Source: Pecten maximus
Lineage: Eukaryota
Direction: 5' to 3'
Length of the DNA: 64,000 bases
NCBI RefSeq assembly: GCF_902652985.1
Contig: NC_047022.1
Span: 21,452,001-21,516,000 of the forward strand
Shown: piece by piece, positions 14,571-28,125 of the stretch
How positions within the stretch are numbered: the stretch's first letter is position 1
Layout of the letters: each line of letters starts with the position of its first letter
Notes under the pieces: generated by a model
The model's database searches: none
Told to the model about the DNA's origin: nothing
Seen by the model: only the letters and a program-made list of their open reading frames with translations
Position numbers and translations under genes: made by a program

Positions 14571-16209
14571 TAATCTTAATAATATATTATATACAAAGTA
14601 ATATCCCTTGTAGTGTACAATGTATTACATATTAAGTAATAACCCTTACGTTCCTATCTCGCTGCTTACATTGTAGTATACATTGTTAACGAAAGAACAT
14701 TAATGACTGGAAGTCGTACTTGATATACCTACAAAATCATGTACATGTAATATGATGCTACTGTGGGAAAACAGTGTGTATTTGTGTTTCCTGTCAAACA
14801 GGTTTGCTTCAAAATCCTTAAATTTTTAGTGACAGGTTTCGCCTAGTACTGCCAAAAAATATCCGCAACTTATTCTTTTACTTTGTATGGTGTTTCGGTG
14901 GATGATTGAATGCATCGTTATTATCAGCAATGCAGTATTTTCTCTTCATCATTGCACAAAGATTGTTTTTGAAAAAAATATGTCTTATTGGCTCGACTAA
15001 ATTTTATTTCATATTGATTTTGAAGCATGTTTTCGGGGGAAAAAATTATAATTCAATAGCATTGTTTCGTTTTGTTTAGACAAACGAATTATATTAAGCA
15101 CTAGAAAAATGTTTTCGAAGGCTTGAATTCACAAGAAAGAAACTGGTAGGTCGCACCAGCAAGACAACTTGATACATGCATATGCATAATTGCGTTTCGT
15201 GCGGATAATACTGGCGACTATATGTATGTATTATGTTTAAGTTGACATTACACTCGAGGTTATTCTATATCATCACATGCTATCCAAATGTAGCTCTTCT
15301 GGATATATACTATGGAGTCAAAGGATTTATAGCTGACTGACACGACGCAATATTAATTTCCCAAGGACAAATAGTTTAAAAGCTCTCTATGCATAAGCCT
15401 ATCTCAGTAAGGTAAGAAGAACCATAAGCCTATCTCAGTAAGGTACGTAAGAATGAACCTTACGACAAGACAATGGTCTTTGAAGGTGCAACGTCCTCAA
15501 TATTATAAGATATTCAATTTGATGTCTAATGTGAGAATATACAGGGTGCACTATTTATCATCAGAAGACACGGTTAAGTTCTGTTTCCTTTGCTGATATA
15601 AAGAGGGCGTGTTGGACCATCATGTCGAGCACGTGACATTGTCTGGATCTGACCTGTATTTAAATGGCGGATGTCGTCAATGACGCGGAAGACACCCTGA
15701 GTACCTATTCCTATTTGTCTTTGCATTATGTGATAGCCTCGGTACAGATTATCGATCTTCATAATTACGGTTTTGTTTCATATAGATAATATCTGGTTGC
15801 CTTTGTTTATATATATATTTATATATAATGACAGTAGAAAAAGAATTTCTCTGGCGCTTCATGTTAAATTTGTCTTTGTTCAGTTGGCATTAACAGTCCA
15901 TAACTACAAACTGAAAGCAGTTCAATGCGATTTAAAACAAAGTTATTATAATTGTAATTAATGGAATTCAATTTCCCCCGCCATTTTCGGCTGTAAGCCT
16001 GTTTTACAGCCAAACCATTTTGCTCCGCGTAAAAAAAGTAGTGGGTAACAGAAAACCAGACAAGGAAAAATAATGTATTTAATATTTTTTCTGCAATGGT
16101 AGTGTGCTTCACTTGGCACTTTATCAATGCACCGGTTGTCAGTTTATGAGATGGTAATGCTTAACTACTGTTTGTAAGGTTGTAAAGTTTTGATGATGTT
16201 TATGTTTTG

Positions 16210-17325
16210 TTCATATAACAACAGTGAAATAATATGTGTGTCTCATACATATGTAACAACAGTTGAAGAAGATGAGTAGCTCATTCAGAAATAACAACAG
16301 TAGAATAAGAAGTGTGTGTCATACACATATAACAACAGTAGAAGAAGATGTGTGGCTCATACACTTATAACAACAGTAGAATAAGAAGTGTGTGTCATAC
16401 ACATATAACAACAGTAGAATAAGATGTGTGTATCATACACATATAATAACAGTAGAATCAGAAGTGTGTCGCATACACATATAACAACAGTAGAATAAGA
16501 AGTGTGTGTCATACATATATAACAACAGTAGAATAAGAAGTGTGTGTCATACACATATAACAACAGTAGAAGAAGAAGTGTGTGTCATATACATATAACA
16601 ACAGTATAATAAAATGTGTGGCTCATACACTTATAACAACAGTAGAATAAGAAGTGTGTGTCATACACATATAACAACAGGAGAATAAGAAGTGTGTGTC
16701 ATACACATATAACAACAGTAGAATAAGAAGTGTGTCATACACTTATAACAGCAGTAGAATAAGATGGGTATCGCATACACATATAACAACAGTAGAATAA
16801 GAAGTGTGTGTCATACACATATAACAACAGTAGAATAAGAAGCGTGTGTCATACACATATAACAACAGTAGAATAAGAATTTGTTTTTTGTATATACAAT
16901 TATAATGACAGTATAATCAGTATTTGTTTTTGTTTTTATATACATTATAACGACATTAGAATAAGATTTAGTTCTTGTTTATATATACATTATAATGACA
17001 GTAGAATTGTTTTATATATACATCATAACGACACTAGGATATGATTTTGTTGTTGTTGTTTATATACATTATAACCACATTAAAATAAGAATTTGTTTTT
17101 GTTTATATACACATTATAATGACAGTAGAATATAATTTGTTTTTTTATTGATATACACATTATGATGACGTTAGGATATTAATTTGTTTTTGTTTATATA
17201 CACATTATACCGACATTAGAATATTATTTGTTTTTTATTTATATAACATTATGATGAGAGTAGAATAACAATTTGTTTTTGTTGATGTTAATGCTATAAC
17301 GACATTAGGATAAGAATTTGTTTTG
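16210..17325. repeat. About 38-bp minisatellite grading into a degenerate T-rich variant of about 42 bp
   Basis: ATAACAACAGTAGAATAAGAAGTGTGTGTCATACACAT to about 16880, then TATACATTATAATGACAGTAGAAT..TTTGTTTTT units. Confidence 0.93.
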
Positions 17326-17394
17326 GGACATCAAGGTATTTACTTCGCAACAGAACAAAAAAGATTTACTTCTAGATTTACCACATAACATATA

Positions 17395-17800
17395 GCAGGT
17401 GACGAAGTGTTATTACGCTACGAGACCCACCGCGGTGTTGTCAAGACTCGCGTTGTCTAACTGCCTGTCCCAGTTGTTTCTCAGAAGTGATATTCAGGGT
17501 CTGCCTCATACAGTTTATATATATTATATATTATCCATGTATGTAAATACATTGCGATCCAGGTATTCATATCATCTAATAGACGACTTCCACAATGATC
17601 ATGTCATGGTATCGGGCCTTCACTGCGCCATTGAAGCGGTATAAGCTGCGGGTATTTCTGGCTAGGCGATTGGGTGCCGTAGATCGTGAGTTCGAGGCCC
17701 GGTCAGGGCACGAGTCAAAAAGTCGTCTTCCTTCGTCATTTGAGTTACTATGTTATATATTCATATATATTATGGAAAAGATTAAATAGTATATAATATG
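17395..17800 (+). repeat. Probable interspersed repeat with a tRNA-like B box
   Basis: GC-richer island containing GTGAGTTCGAGGCCCGG (B-box-like); no cloverleaf found. Confidence 0.35.
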
Positions 17801-18789
17801 AAAGGTTATATAAAGCAATCTTTCCATGTACTCCATAAAGTAAAACATATACATGTTTAAGTCATAGGATCTACGACATTGACGTGAGAAGTATATGTCC
17901 ACTTTAAATGGAAACGCATCAATAAATTAATTAAAAATAAATACCTTCCATTGTTTTTACTGTCATCACATTCAGGAGATATTGGCGATTGTTTCCCGGA
18001 AACTCATTAATATTGTATCGATAATTACCTGACAATTTTGAACATACAAAAACGCATTTCTCTCGTAATATTCAATGTAAGAAAGATACCATATGTTTTT
18101 TTTTTTTGTTATACATTATACACTTATATCAAATAAAACATTTAAATTATACTGTGAGGAAAATATCATAGATCATTTGCGTTTTATAATCTGATACAAA
18201 ATGATTTTCAAAGACAATTTGACATAACTTACAAAATCCGGTATTTTGTATGTCGTATTATGTACATTGTACATACATATGTATTTAATTCGTTTGATGT
18301 GCTTTATTGTTGTAAAAAAAATCAAAAATAAATCTTGGATCTGCAATCAATTTCCCATGCATATTAAATTCACGAGAACGTTTTCTTTCTTGACGATTCA
18401 TTGCACTCAACACCTTGCAGTGGTAAGGTCATAATTTAAACAACGGAGCGTAAAGCCAAACACAGATCCACCAGACGGTGTAAACAGACGGTGTAAACAT
18501 GTGTTAATTATACTTTTTTTTTTAAATATTAAAAATATTGTACTGCAACACAATGTTGTGATGACGTGTTGAATGCTGACGTGACGTGGTTGTTGCCAGC
18601 ACGTAATATACCCTAGGAGTTGACAGAGCAATCACTACATATGGATGATAGAAATTAAACAGGTACACGAGAGACAATTGTGTGATTGATCAGAGAAAAT
18701 CAGGTCTGCGTTTAAGATGTTACATGATGGAGTGTTATTATTTAGTCGTTCCGCAATTATGTCACATATGTAACGAACATGCCTCTGAT

Positions 18790-19190
18790 AACAATACTAT
18801 ACCAGAGAGTAATAACATCACACTGGTGATGAACGTAATCCTTACACGTGAATTGAGCGTACCAGTGTGATGACAATAACGATACTATACAAGAGAGGGG
18901 TGACGTCACACTGGTGATGAACGTAATAGTTACACGTGAATTGAGCGTACCATTGTGATGACAATAACGATACTAACATGAGAGTGGTGACGTCACACTG
19001 GTCACGTGAATTGAGCGTACCTGTGATGACAATAACGATACAAAACATGAGAGTGGTGACGTCACACTGGTGATGAACGTAATCCTTACACGTGAATTGA
19101 GCGTACCAGTGTGATGACAATAACGATACTAACATGAGAGTGGTGACGTCACACTGGTCACGTGAATTGAGCGTACCTGTTATTATGACA
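18790..19190. repeat. Alternating 70/86-88-bp tandem repeat spanning the SDR exon 1/intron 1 junction
   Basis: Minus-strand GTACGCTCAATTCACGTG starts at 19176, 19106, 19020, 18950 and 18862. Confidence 0.93.
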
Positions 19191-19402
19191 GTTTTACCGT
19201 TGAGCTGGCGCGAACTCTGACATGGGACGGTCCAGCGCAGGTAACGTCTCCAGAAGAAGACCAACAGGAGGAAGAATGAGATGACCACTGGTATGAGGAG
19301 AACTGTAGAATAGCTCTGAATCACTTGTTTCATCTCCAGTCGGATTTGTCGCCACAGTTCCTTGGAACTTGTCATGTTCTTGACTCCAGCCGATGGCTCC
19401 AT
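19177..19402 (-). CDS. RDH-like SDR, exon 1 (N-terminal TM anchor plus first Rossmann strand)
   Basis: MEPSAG...VLLIPVVISFFLLLVFFWRRYLR...LNGKTVIITG; donor acag|gtacgc in phase 1 matches exon 2. Confidence 0.9.
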
Positions 19403-19830
19403 ATTGTATTTCTTAGTTTCACAAGTTAAAACTACTCACACATATTGATAAAGTTTTAAATGTTCAGTATAAACTCGGGGGTCCTATGCGTAGCTACTTG
19501 TGTGCTGTCCGATTGTAAATCGGTACTGCGGAGGAGCGGTATCAATCGTGTTATAGTGATGGATCTGCCTTCTGCTACACCTATCTCGTGGCTCCCCCTC
19601 CTCCCACGGCCCGGGTTGTATAATGTTACTCCACACAACAGCAGACCGACACAGCCCGCGTGGCTGTCTCTTATCTTTATTACGAGTAAATTGAGCCCCC
19701 TTTCCTGTTGCTCCGGTGTATCATAGTATAAGTTTAAAACAGCAGGTACCTTATACATCCTCTCGTATATACTCTACTGGTGCATAACGAACGGGGAACA
19801 TTATGTTTACGCTTTACAGAAGCATTCCAA

Positions 19831-19897
19831 TACATACATACATACATACATACATACATACATACATACATACATACATACATTACATACATACGTA
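19831..19897. repeat. (TACA)n microsatellite abutting the assembly gap
   Basis: Visible directly. Confidence 0.97.
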
Positions 19898-20226
19898 NNN
19901 NNNNNNNNNNNNNNNNNNNNNNNNNNNNNNNNNNNNNNNNNNNNNNNNNNNNNNNNNNNNNNNNNNNNNNNNNNNNNNNNNNNNNNNNNNNNNNNNNNNN
20001 NNNNNNNNNNNNNNNNNNNNNNNNNNNNNNNNNNNNNNNNNNNNNNNNNNNNNNNNNNNNNNNNNNNNNNNNNNNNNNNNNNNNNNNNNNNNNNNNNNNN
20101 NNNNNNNNNNNNNNNNNNNNNNNNNNNNNNNNNNNNNNNNNNNNNNNNNNNNNNNNNNNNNNNNNNNNNNNNNNNNNNNNNNNNNNNNNNNNNNNNNNNN
20201 NNNNNNNNNNNNNNNNNNNNNNNNNN
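19898..20226. other. Assembly gap (N run)
   Basis: Run of n characters. Confidence 1.
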
Positions 20227-20869
20227 TAAAAACGATTGGCAATCAAGCTATAGCATAAAACATGTGGTATTGTGAATGAGGCAGAACCGTTTCTTCCAAC
20301 GTCATGTGTAAGTAAGAGTATTAATTGTCACCTGACATTAAACCTCGGGAACGTTATCGCATTCAGATAGATTCCAGAGACGAGTTGCGAGTCTCAGCAG
20401 AAAACGCGCTTTTCACCCTTCTACAATACACGCGCATTGGCACGGCTAACATTTTCTTTCGCGCACTTTTAAAAATCTCATTATCATGAAACATTGTCTG
20501 TGCAGAGCGCGTGTTTTCCTCGTCAGGAGTTAAAGGGTTATCGTGTGTTCCTACTCCGCGAGGTCTTACAATAGATACTCACAGCAGTTATATAAACAGT
20601 GCTGTGGCGCGGAGAATTTCATCTAAATGTCAAAGTATTTGCGTATATGATCACGACTTATAAATGTGCATGTATTTTCGTTATCTTTAGTTTTTTTTTT
20701 ATCAGGGCACATGTCATATTTTCGTTATAAAGTTGGCAGTGTTCATGTGAAACATTTGTAAATATGATTCCTGCTGTTTTGTTTAATTTTAAAATGACGT
20801 GTGTGTATAACAGCCAGAAGATATACAGCGAATACTGACATACACACGATGACCGATAGCAGCCTGACA

Positions 20870-21400
20870 CGAATATAGTAAAGTAAATGTGTTCCGCTAA
20901 TTAACGGCAACATCATGACACAAAAATCTATGTAAATTAAATTTGTACCGATAATTAGTCCAAAACATCATGACACAAAAATCTCTAGTTAAGTAAATGT
21001 GTTTCGATAATTAGTCCAAAAACATCATGACACAAAAATCTCTTGTAAGGTAAATGTGTTTCGATAATTCGTCAAAAAACATCATGACACAAAAATGTCT
21101 AGTTAAGTAATATGTACCAATATTTTGTACAGACACATAATGACACAAAAATCTCATGTGAAGTAAATATTTACCGATAATTCGTCCAAAAACATCATGA
21201 CACAAAAATATCTTGTAAAGTAAATGTGTCCCAATATTTTGTACAAAATATCACGACAGAAAAATGTCTTGTAAAGGTGAACGTGTCCTGATATTTTGTA
21301 CAAAACATCATGATACAAAATCTATCAAAACGCAAATGTGTTGCAGTTAAATATCATGACACAACAATCTCTGATGTTATCAGACACCAAAATATATGTC
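20870..21400. repeat. Degenerate tandem repeat of about 57 bp, about 9 copies
   Basis: Recurring AAACATCATGACACAAAAATCT...AAGTAAATGTG...GATAATT. Confidence 0.88.
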
Positions 21401-21779
21401 TTTTCGTGGAAATATGTCAGGTAATCCAATACGACAGCCCATTAGACAGTCTCAGTGTCGTTAGAGAAATAAGATATATGTGCCTATATTGGTATCAAAA
21501 CAACATAAATATTGATCAGCTTTTCGTTTTTATAACCCATTTCATTCCCAAAAAATCTGATACAAAATACTCATCATCTAAACTTAAGAAATAATTCGAA
21601 CTGCCTTTTGTTATTTATAATGCAGAAAATATACACACCTATCAGCATGCCAAACGTAATTTGGCCCAGCAGAGCAATATACTTTTCTGTGGATGTGTCT
21701 TATATGACGGAAGCTCATTGCAATGAGTTGAGTACTCTGAATACACTGAATACCTGCACGACAGCATTTGTTGTTGTTT

Positions 21780-21784
<5 letters not shown>

Positions 21785-21810
<26 letters not shown>
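21785..21810 (+). repeat. Poly-G tract (26 nt)
   Basis: Visible directly. Confidence 0.95.
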
Positions 21811-22599
21811 TACCTAGCCAGCTATCTGTTATAGTTTTTACTGTACTGTTTATAGTTTATATATATTTTTTAGTTGTTTTTCTTTTGACTAAACTAGAGG
21901 TGTAAGAATTTCCGATAAGTTTTAGGGTTTGCTTTTCTTTCGACTAAATTAAAGTCTATATTTTCGTAGAAAAGTTCCTTTGAGCTTTTTATCATATTAT
22001 TTGTTTATATTTCATTGCATTTGTTATTATCTATTAGTATCTTTCTCTCGTTCGTATTTGTCTACGAGTGATATTACTAAACCAGGTCGTGATTTCTTAT
22101 CTACACATATTTGGGAGGTATGCATGGATCATTAAGCATAGTAGCAGTCAGAAAATCGCACAAGACATTTACATCATTACACATAATAATTTTGGGATTC
22201 CCATGGTATATCTGTAATAAAATGGTTAAGCTTTTCCATATCGGTTTATGTCATAAAACCATACCTTTAGTTTAAAACCTAACGACGTTATTTAATTTTG
22301 GCAATTCAATTATTGTTTTGTGGTTACAAGTACGTTTTGATCTTTAATATTTACTTCTATTAAAGATTAAAAGTATTGAACTAAGTATTAGGTGTTGATC
22401 ATCTTACTGACAATTACTGGATCTAATCATGTAGCTGAGTAATTCTAGTGGTTTCGGACATGTTATTTGTCATTTGATATGAGGCTTGTAAGATATATAA
22501 TATGTATGTGGGTTCCAAGCTCTGTTAGAATTGTGTGTGAATTCATTCCAACGACTTGGAGTCAGGATTACTATCATTTACATGTTCAAAAAGACCAAA

Positions 22600-22790
22600 T
22601 AGTTTCAAATTGCAGTAATCTTTTAAATCAAAGCACCTACAAGCCAATCCTGACAAATTCCATGTCACTTGTAGAGGGAATCGTACTCTAAATGATAAAT
22701 AACCATTTATTGTTGTGCAGCCATTGTTCCTGAATAGTAATACAACTTCTCGGTGTAAATTTTGACTCATTTAAACTGTGACGCTCGTAC
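22600..22790 (+). mobile_element. Small degraded LINE RT fragment
   Basis: Translates to QANPDKFH and IQLLGVNFDS, resembling non-LTR RT motifs (NPxK; LLGVxxD). Confidence 0.45.
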
Positions 22791-22979
22791 GTAGGGTAAC
22801 ATGTAGGGAAGCCTCCCAACAACTGTCTATCTTAACGAGAATTGAATGTTTTTAACCTAACAGAGTCGTCTTATAAGTTACATTTTTATTGCATCTAACT
22901 TTAATTACTGCCCCTTTTATGTTGCACTTCTATTCCATGTTCCATATTCTACTCATTTTCATAATTACTGGACAAATCG

Positions 22980-23610
22980 ATAGTTTATATGTAAAGCGTG
23001 TGAAGACCTTCAAACCTATCGGTTACGCCTCTGTATCACCACTGGTTCACGATAATGCTAACGATTATGCCGAGGACAGCAAGCAGAAATGTGAGCTTCT
23101 TAATAAATATTTTCTTCCGTTTCTAGTTTTTCGAAGCCGAAGCCGATGTAAGTAAACCTACACTAACATCGGAAAACGCACTGCCTCTTCCTTATTAGAA
23201 AGCATTATAACGCCTTCCGAGATACATTGTAGTGGCCATTACTGCTATTCTAGATACAAATAAGGCAACAGGGCCGGATGGAATCAGTCGTCGTATGCTT
23301 AAACTAGTAGCAAATGAAATTACCACTCCTCTCTCTCTCTCTGATTGTAATCACTCACAATGGTATGTACCTCGATATGTGGAAGTTAGTCAACGAATTT
23401 TAAGTTTGGCGACCAACGTGACGTTTCGAATCAAAGACCAATGTCATTGTTTTCTGTGCTTACAAACTACAATTATTAATATCACTCTTGATTTCTACTT
23501 AATCATTCTTGTTTGCACAAATCGTTGAAATGTATCAATCCATGATGCTGGCATTAGAAAACCGTGAATATATAGCTTTAACTTTTTGCGATTTTTCAAA
23601 AGAGTCTGGC

Positions 23611-23612
<2 letters not shown>
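22980..23612 (+). mobile_element. Decayed host LINE (CR1/L2-group-like RT), 5' half
   Basis: KQKCELLNKYF, LDTNKATGPDGISRRMLKLVANEITTPL, frameshifted FCDFSK..RVWH just before the nested insertion. Confidence 0.8.
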
Positions 23613-23643
<31 letters not shown>

Positions 23644-25443
23644 TTATTTATTTCCTCTTTACAGAGATTTCAAAACAATGCATAAATACAATACATTAGT
23701 TACGAGATACAATACATAAATTATTTGAATCAAATCATCAAATCATTAGAATGTTTTAGTTTCTAAATCAGATTACACTGATTCAGTTTTTTTATAGTTT
23801 CGAGTTCATATCAGAGAGCAGCACACCAATCCCGTCTGAGACTACCAGCATTAGGTGTTTACATTCCTCATCATCCAATTGAACCTGCGTACGACATCCT
23901 AGTAAAAAATCAGTTTGGACATTGTCTTCAAGAAATGAAAATTTTACATAGTCTTTTACGTTTATTACATTAACAACTTGCTCTAAGATAGCATCGCGTG
24001 TCATATAGAGTACTGGGCATTCAGTAAGGAAATGCGCAACGATATCGATGCTTTTTTCGTTTAAGTGTGTTGCCATAAATAACCTACATAATCTGACGAA
24101 AATAACAGGTACCACAAAAATGACACATTGCCATTTGCAAGCTTATTCCAAAAGTTCAGCTTTCTCTCTTCTACCATACTCCACAGATCCATCAGACCGA
24201 TACATTGCGAGGTAACCGCAGTAGATGATCGTTGCGGTAGACCAACGCAGCGCCTACACGCGTGTCTTAATGTTACATTTACTTGGTCAGTTGCTTTTTG
24301 GGTATAATTATTCCACAATTCGCATCCATATACTATCCCTGGAATAACCACAGAAGTCAGTATAGTCTTAATCGTTAAAGGGTCTAACCCGTTATAATGG
24401 ATGCCAACACCTACAAGGGAATTAAGCGTGCGTCGTCCTTTTCTACGCGAGTCGAGTATGCCTTCATCGTCTTTCAGGTTATATGCGAAGCTAACTCCCG
24501 CGTAGATGGTGCTCGTTACACCCAGGACAGTTCTTTCTCGCCAAGATGAACAGTGTGATTAAATGTCAGCTTCTGACGATTAGTGTAAACTGCATAGCGT
24601 TACTCTTTTGTGAGTTATAATTAAGTCGCCATTTGCATGAATATGTATGTACAATGTCTAATTCATGTTGAAGATGGTCCGGGGAAGCGGCCAGGACCGT
24701 GGTATCGTCCGCTAACAAAACACCCGGAACATGTACGTTTCCCACTTTCAAATCGTGATTGTAATTGTCAAGTTCAGCTATCAGATCATTTATTATAACC
24801 AACCAACACCAAGCAGATAAAGTTCTTCCTTGTCCGACGCCTTGCAACACCGGATACCGTTTGCTCGGGATTTGATTATAAAGCACAGACGCTTCAACGT
24901 TTCGATAAGAGTCAAACAAAAGACGTCAAAATTTCAAATTGAAACCAAGATGGTATAGTTTGTACATCATTCCGGTTATCCATACACTGTTAAATGCCTT
25001 CTGGTTGTCTAAAAAGGCAGCGAATACTTTTGAATCATGTTCTTAGTAATGAGAGATTGATTCTTTTGCCACAAATGCTGCAGTTATACTACCACAGCGA
25101 CTACGGAAGCCCTGCTGTAGCGGGCGACTACGGAAGCCTTGCTGTAGCGGGCGACTACGGAAGCCCTGCTGTAGCGGGCGACTACGGAAGCCCTGCTGTA
25201 GCGGGCGACTACGGAAGCCCTGCTGTAGCGGGCGACTACGGAAGCCCTGCTGTAGCGGGCGACTACGGAAGCCCTGCTGTAGCAGATGAGGAAAATCCAG
25301 TTCAGAACATTTCTTCCATACTCTTTGATAGATGATTTTTTCAAACAATTTTGGAATAACAGGAGTGAGGGTGATGTCTCTATAGCTGTTCGGATCTAGT
25401 TTGTTCTCCTTCCCTCCTTTGAACAGATTGATCACAACACCAT
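23613..25443 (-). mobile_element. 5'-truncated LINE (RT plus C-terminal Cys/His region), pseudogenised, nested antisense in an older LINE
   Basis: NSYRDITLTPVIPKLFEK, QQGFR, FLDNQKAFNSVW, GVGQGRTLS, LLADD, W.LNYNSQKS, IPGIVYGCELW, HFLTECPVL; AATAAA plus (TGTC)n 3' tail at 23613-23655. Confidence 0.92.
25095..25285. repeat. 27-bp tandem repeat x7 inside the LINE RT (PLQQGFRSR)
   Basis: GCGGGCGACTACGGAAGCCCTGCTGTA units; ORF 25043-25435. Confidence 0.96.
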
Positions 25444-26300
25444 TATAACACTCATTTACAAATTATGTATACACGACAATTTTCTTAATTGGATAACCAA
25501 TTATCTTTTTGGGCGTAAGCAATCCATTTTAATCAACGATTCCTGTTCTAGTGTGAAAAAGCATTAATGCCAGTGTCACTCAGGGTTCAGAGCTAGGCCC
25601 TTTAGTCTTCCTGGTTTGTGTAAATGGTATATCAATAGAATTCTCTCAATTATCCCGTCCTTTTACCGATCACACCTCGTTGTCATACTCATCATCTAAC
25701 CAAGAAAATACTGTAAGTGGAGTTAAAGAAGATTTAAAAACTCTTAGGAAATGGTAAAAAAAATTGGCCAAGTCCTTCAATCCGAAAAAAAATCACTGAA
25801 ATCAATAAAATAATAACTGGTCCTTACTCTCCCAATTAAGTTTCAATGAAGCCTCTATTATTATAACACACAGCCACAAACACCAAGGAATAACATTAAG
25901 CAGTGATGATAAATGGAATAAATATCAGACGGAATAATAGAAAAAAGTGTAGCCTAACAAAGTCATTAAGGTTTTAAAATATCCAGTTTGATGCTGGACG
26001 TATTGTCGAAACTACTGGGATCCGCTTAGTACTAGAAGGAAACACAGAAAACCATCTCTATTCTTCACTATCATAAAAGCCAAAACCCCTAACTATTTAA
26101 GTAATACCATACCAGAAAGCGTTGGGGATACTTCCCGTTTATACTTCAGAAATTCCCATCAGAGATCGGTATTTTGTTTTCTTTCCCTCGACTTTAAATG
26201 ATGTGGAAGGACCTTGATATTACAAAAAGGAATTCGTCTACTGTCAATTCATATTAAGGAAGTATAACTAAGAATGAAGGAAATCACAACAAGCGTTCCT
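25444..26300 (+). mobile_element. Decayed host LINE, 3' half
   Basis: LIYKL, NWITNYLFGRKQ, NASVTQGSELGPLVFL (GVPQGSxLGP-like), FTDHTSL (FADDT-like), FNPKK, HKHQGITLSSDDKWN. Confidence 0.82.
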
Positions 26301-27149
26301 TGGTGCGGGTGGGACCCATAAATTAAGCATACCAACCCAATTGCCGTTTGAGGAACCGTGCAAGCTACATCAACCGAGATTTTTTTCCAGTAGTTTAAAG
26401 ATATCCTTGTGATTGTAGAAGTTCCAACCCACAGCCCTACTCGCCCCACTACATATTGTCTTATTGAGTTTTATCAAATTGTATTTTAAGACCCGATACT
26501 TGTTCAACCCCTCCAAAATATTTAAGGTTGCTTCAAGGGATACTGGGATAATATAAAAGAGATGTCATCCGCAATTCGGTTTATCATTTATTCTGAATTG
26601 TTAATAATAGTGCCGTTTATATTTAGATTAATTTTGAACACTGAAGTTTATATGTCTACGCATAGAATAAATATAATCCATTTCATAATGGAAGGCCCAA
26701 AACCATAAAAATGTAGAGAATCAAAGATACAAGTCAAATGGTTGTTGAAAGCCGATCAATAAAAGAAATCCGGGAATATGATTTTTGTGTTTTCTAAAGT
26801 CTTAAATCAATCTGGCACATTCTCCTATCTATCTTACTTTTATCAATATTTTTTTGTGTATCACTTATAAGAGTGTCTAATTGTGAAATATTGGTTATTT
26901 TCCCATGTTTTATTTCTAAGTATCATTTTTCATTTCAACTACATTTTCTTATATGTTATTATTATCATTTTAAGAATTGGAAATAATGTTTCTACCGAAT
27001 ACAAAACAATTTTGGTTGTTAAATCTTTGTTACCAAGACAACAGGGACGAACCCGTCATTCTGACTTAGAAAAAGTAAAAACAACAAAAATATAAGGAAA
27101 ACATTGCCAGGTTGCTCCGGAAGGGTCAGCGTCTTCTGATCCACCGCCA

Positions 27150-28125
27150 CCAGCCACACCCAGAATGGTCACGACAACACCCACCACACCCAGCATGGTC
27201 ACTACGACACCCGCCACACACAGAATGGTCACTACGACACCCGCCACACACAGAATGGTCACTACGACACCCGCCACACACAGAATGGTCACTACGACAC
27301 CCGCCACACACAGCATGGTCACTACGACACCCGTCACACACAGAATGGTCACTACGACACCCGCCACACAGAGTATGGTCACGACGACACTCGCCACACA
27401 CAGCATGGTCACGACGACACCCGCCACACACAGAACGGTCACTACGACACCCGCCACACACAGAATGGTCACTACGACACTCGCCACACACAGAATGGTC
27501 ACGACGACACCCGCCACACACAGAACGGTCACTACGACACCCGCCACACACAGAACGGTCACTACGACACCAGCTACACACAGAATGGTCACGACGACAC
27601 CCGCCACACACAGAATGGTCACTACGACACCCGCCACACACAGAATGGTCACGACGACACCCGCCACACACAGAACGGTCACTACGACACCCGCAACACA
27701 CAAAACGGTCACTACGACACCCGCCACACCCAGAATGGTCACGACGACACCCGCCACACACAGAATGGTCACGACGACACCCGCCACACACAGAATGGTC
27801 ACTACGACACCCGCCACACCCAGAATGGTCACTACGGCACCCGCCACACAAAGCATGGTCACTACGACACCCGCCACACACAGAATGGTCACGACGACAC
27901 CCGCCACACCCAGCATAGTCATGACGACACCCGCCACACACAGAATTGTCACGACGACACCCGCCACACACAGAATTGTCACGACGACACCCGCCACACA
28001 CAGAATGGTTACAACGACACCCGCCACACACAGAATGGTCACTACGACAACCGCCACACACAGCATAGTCACGACGACACCCGCCACACACAGAATGGTC
28101 ATGACGACACCCGCCACACAGACTG
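27150..28125 (+). repeat. 30-bp minisatellite, about 32 copies; the + frame reads as mucin-like (MVTTTPATHR)n
   Basis: Unit CAGAATGGTCACTACGACACCCGCCACACA; coding status unproven. Confidence 0.95.

Noticed and set aside
17640-17715. Possible tRNA gene
   Set aside because: B-box-like motif only; no convincing acceptor or anticodon stems, so more likely repeat-derived
19734-20258. ORFs spanning X runs
   Set aside because: Artefacts of the N gap and the (TACA)n repeat
23613-25443. Active reverse transcriptase or a novel RT system
   Set aside because: Stops, frameshifts and 5' truncation (no endonuclease domain); an ordinary dead non-LTR copy
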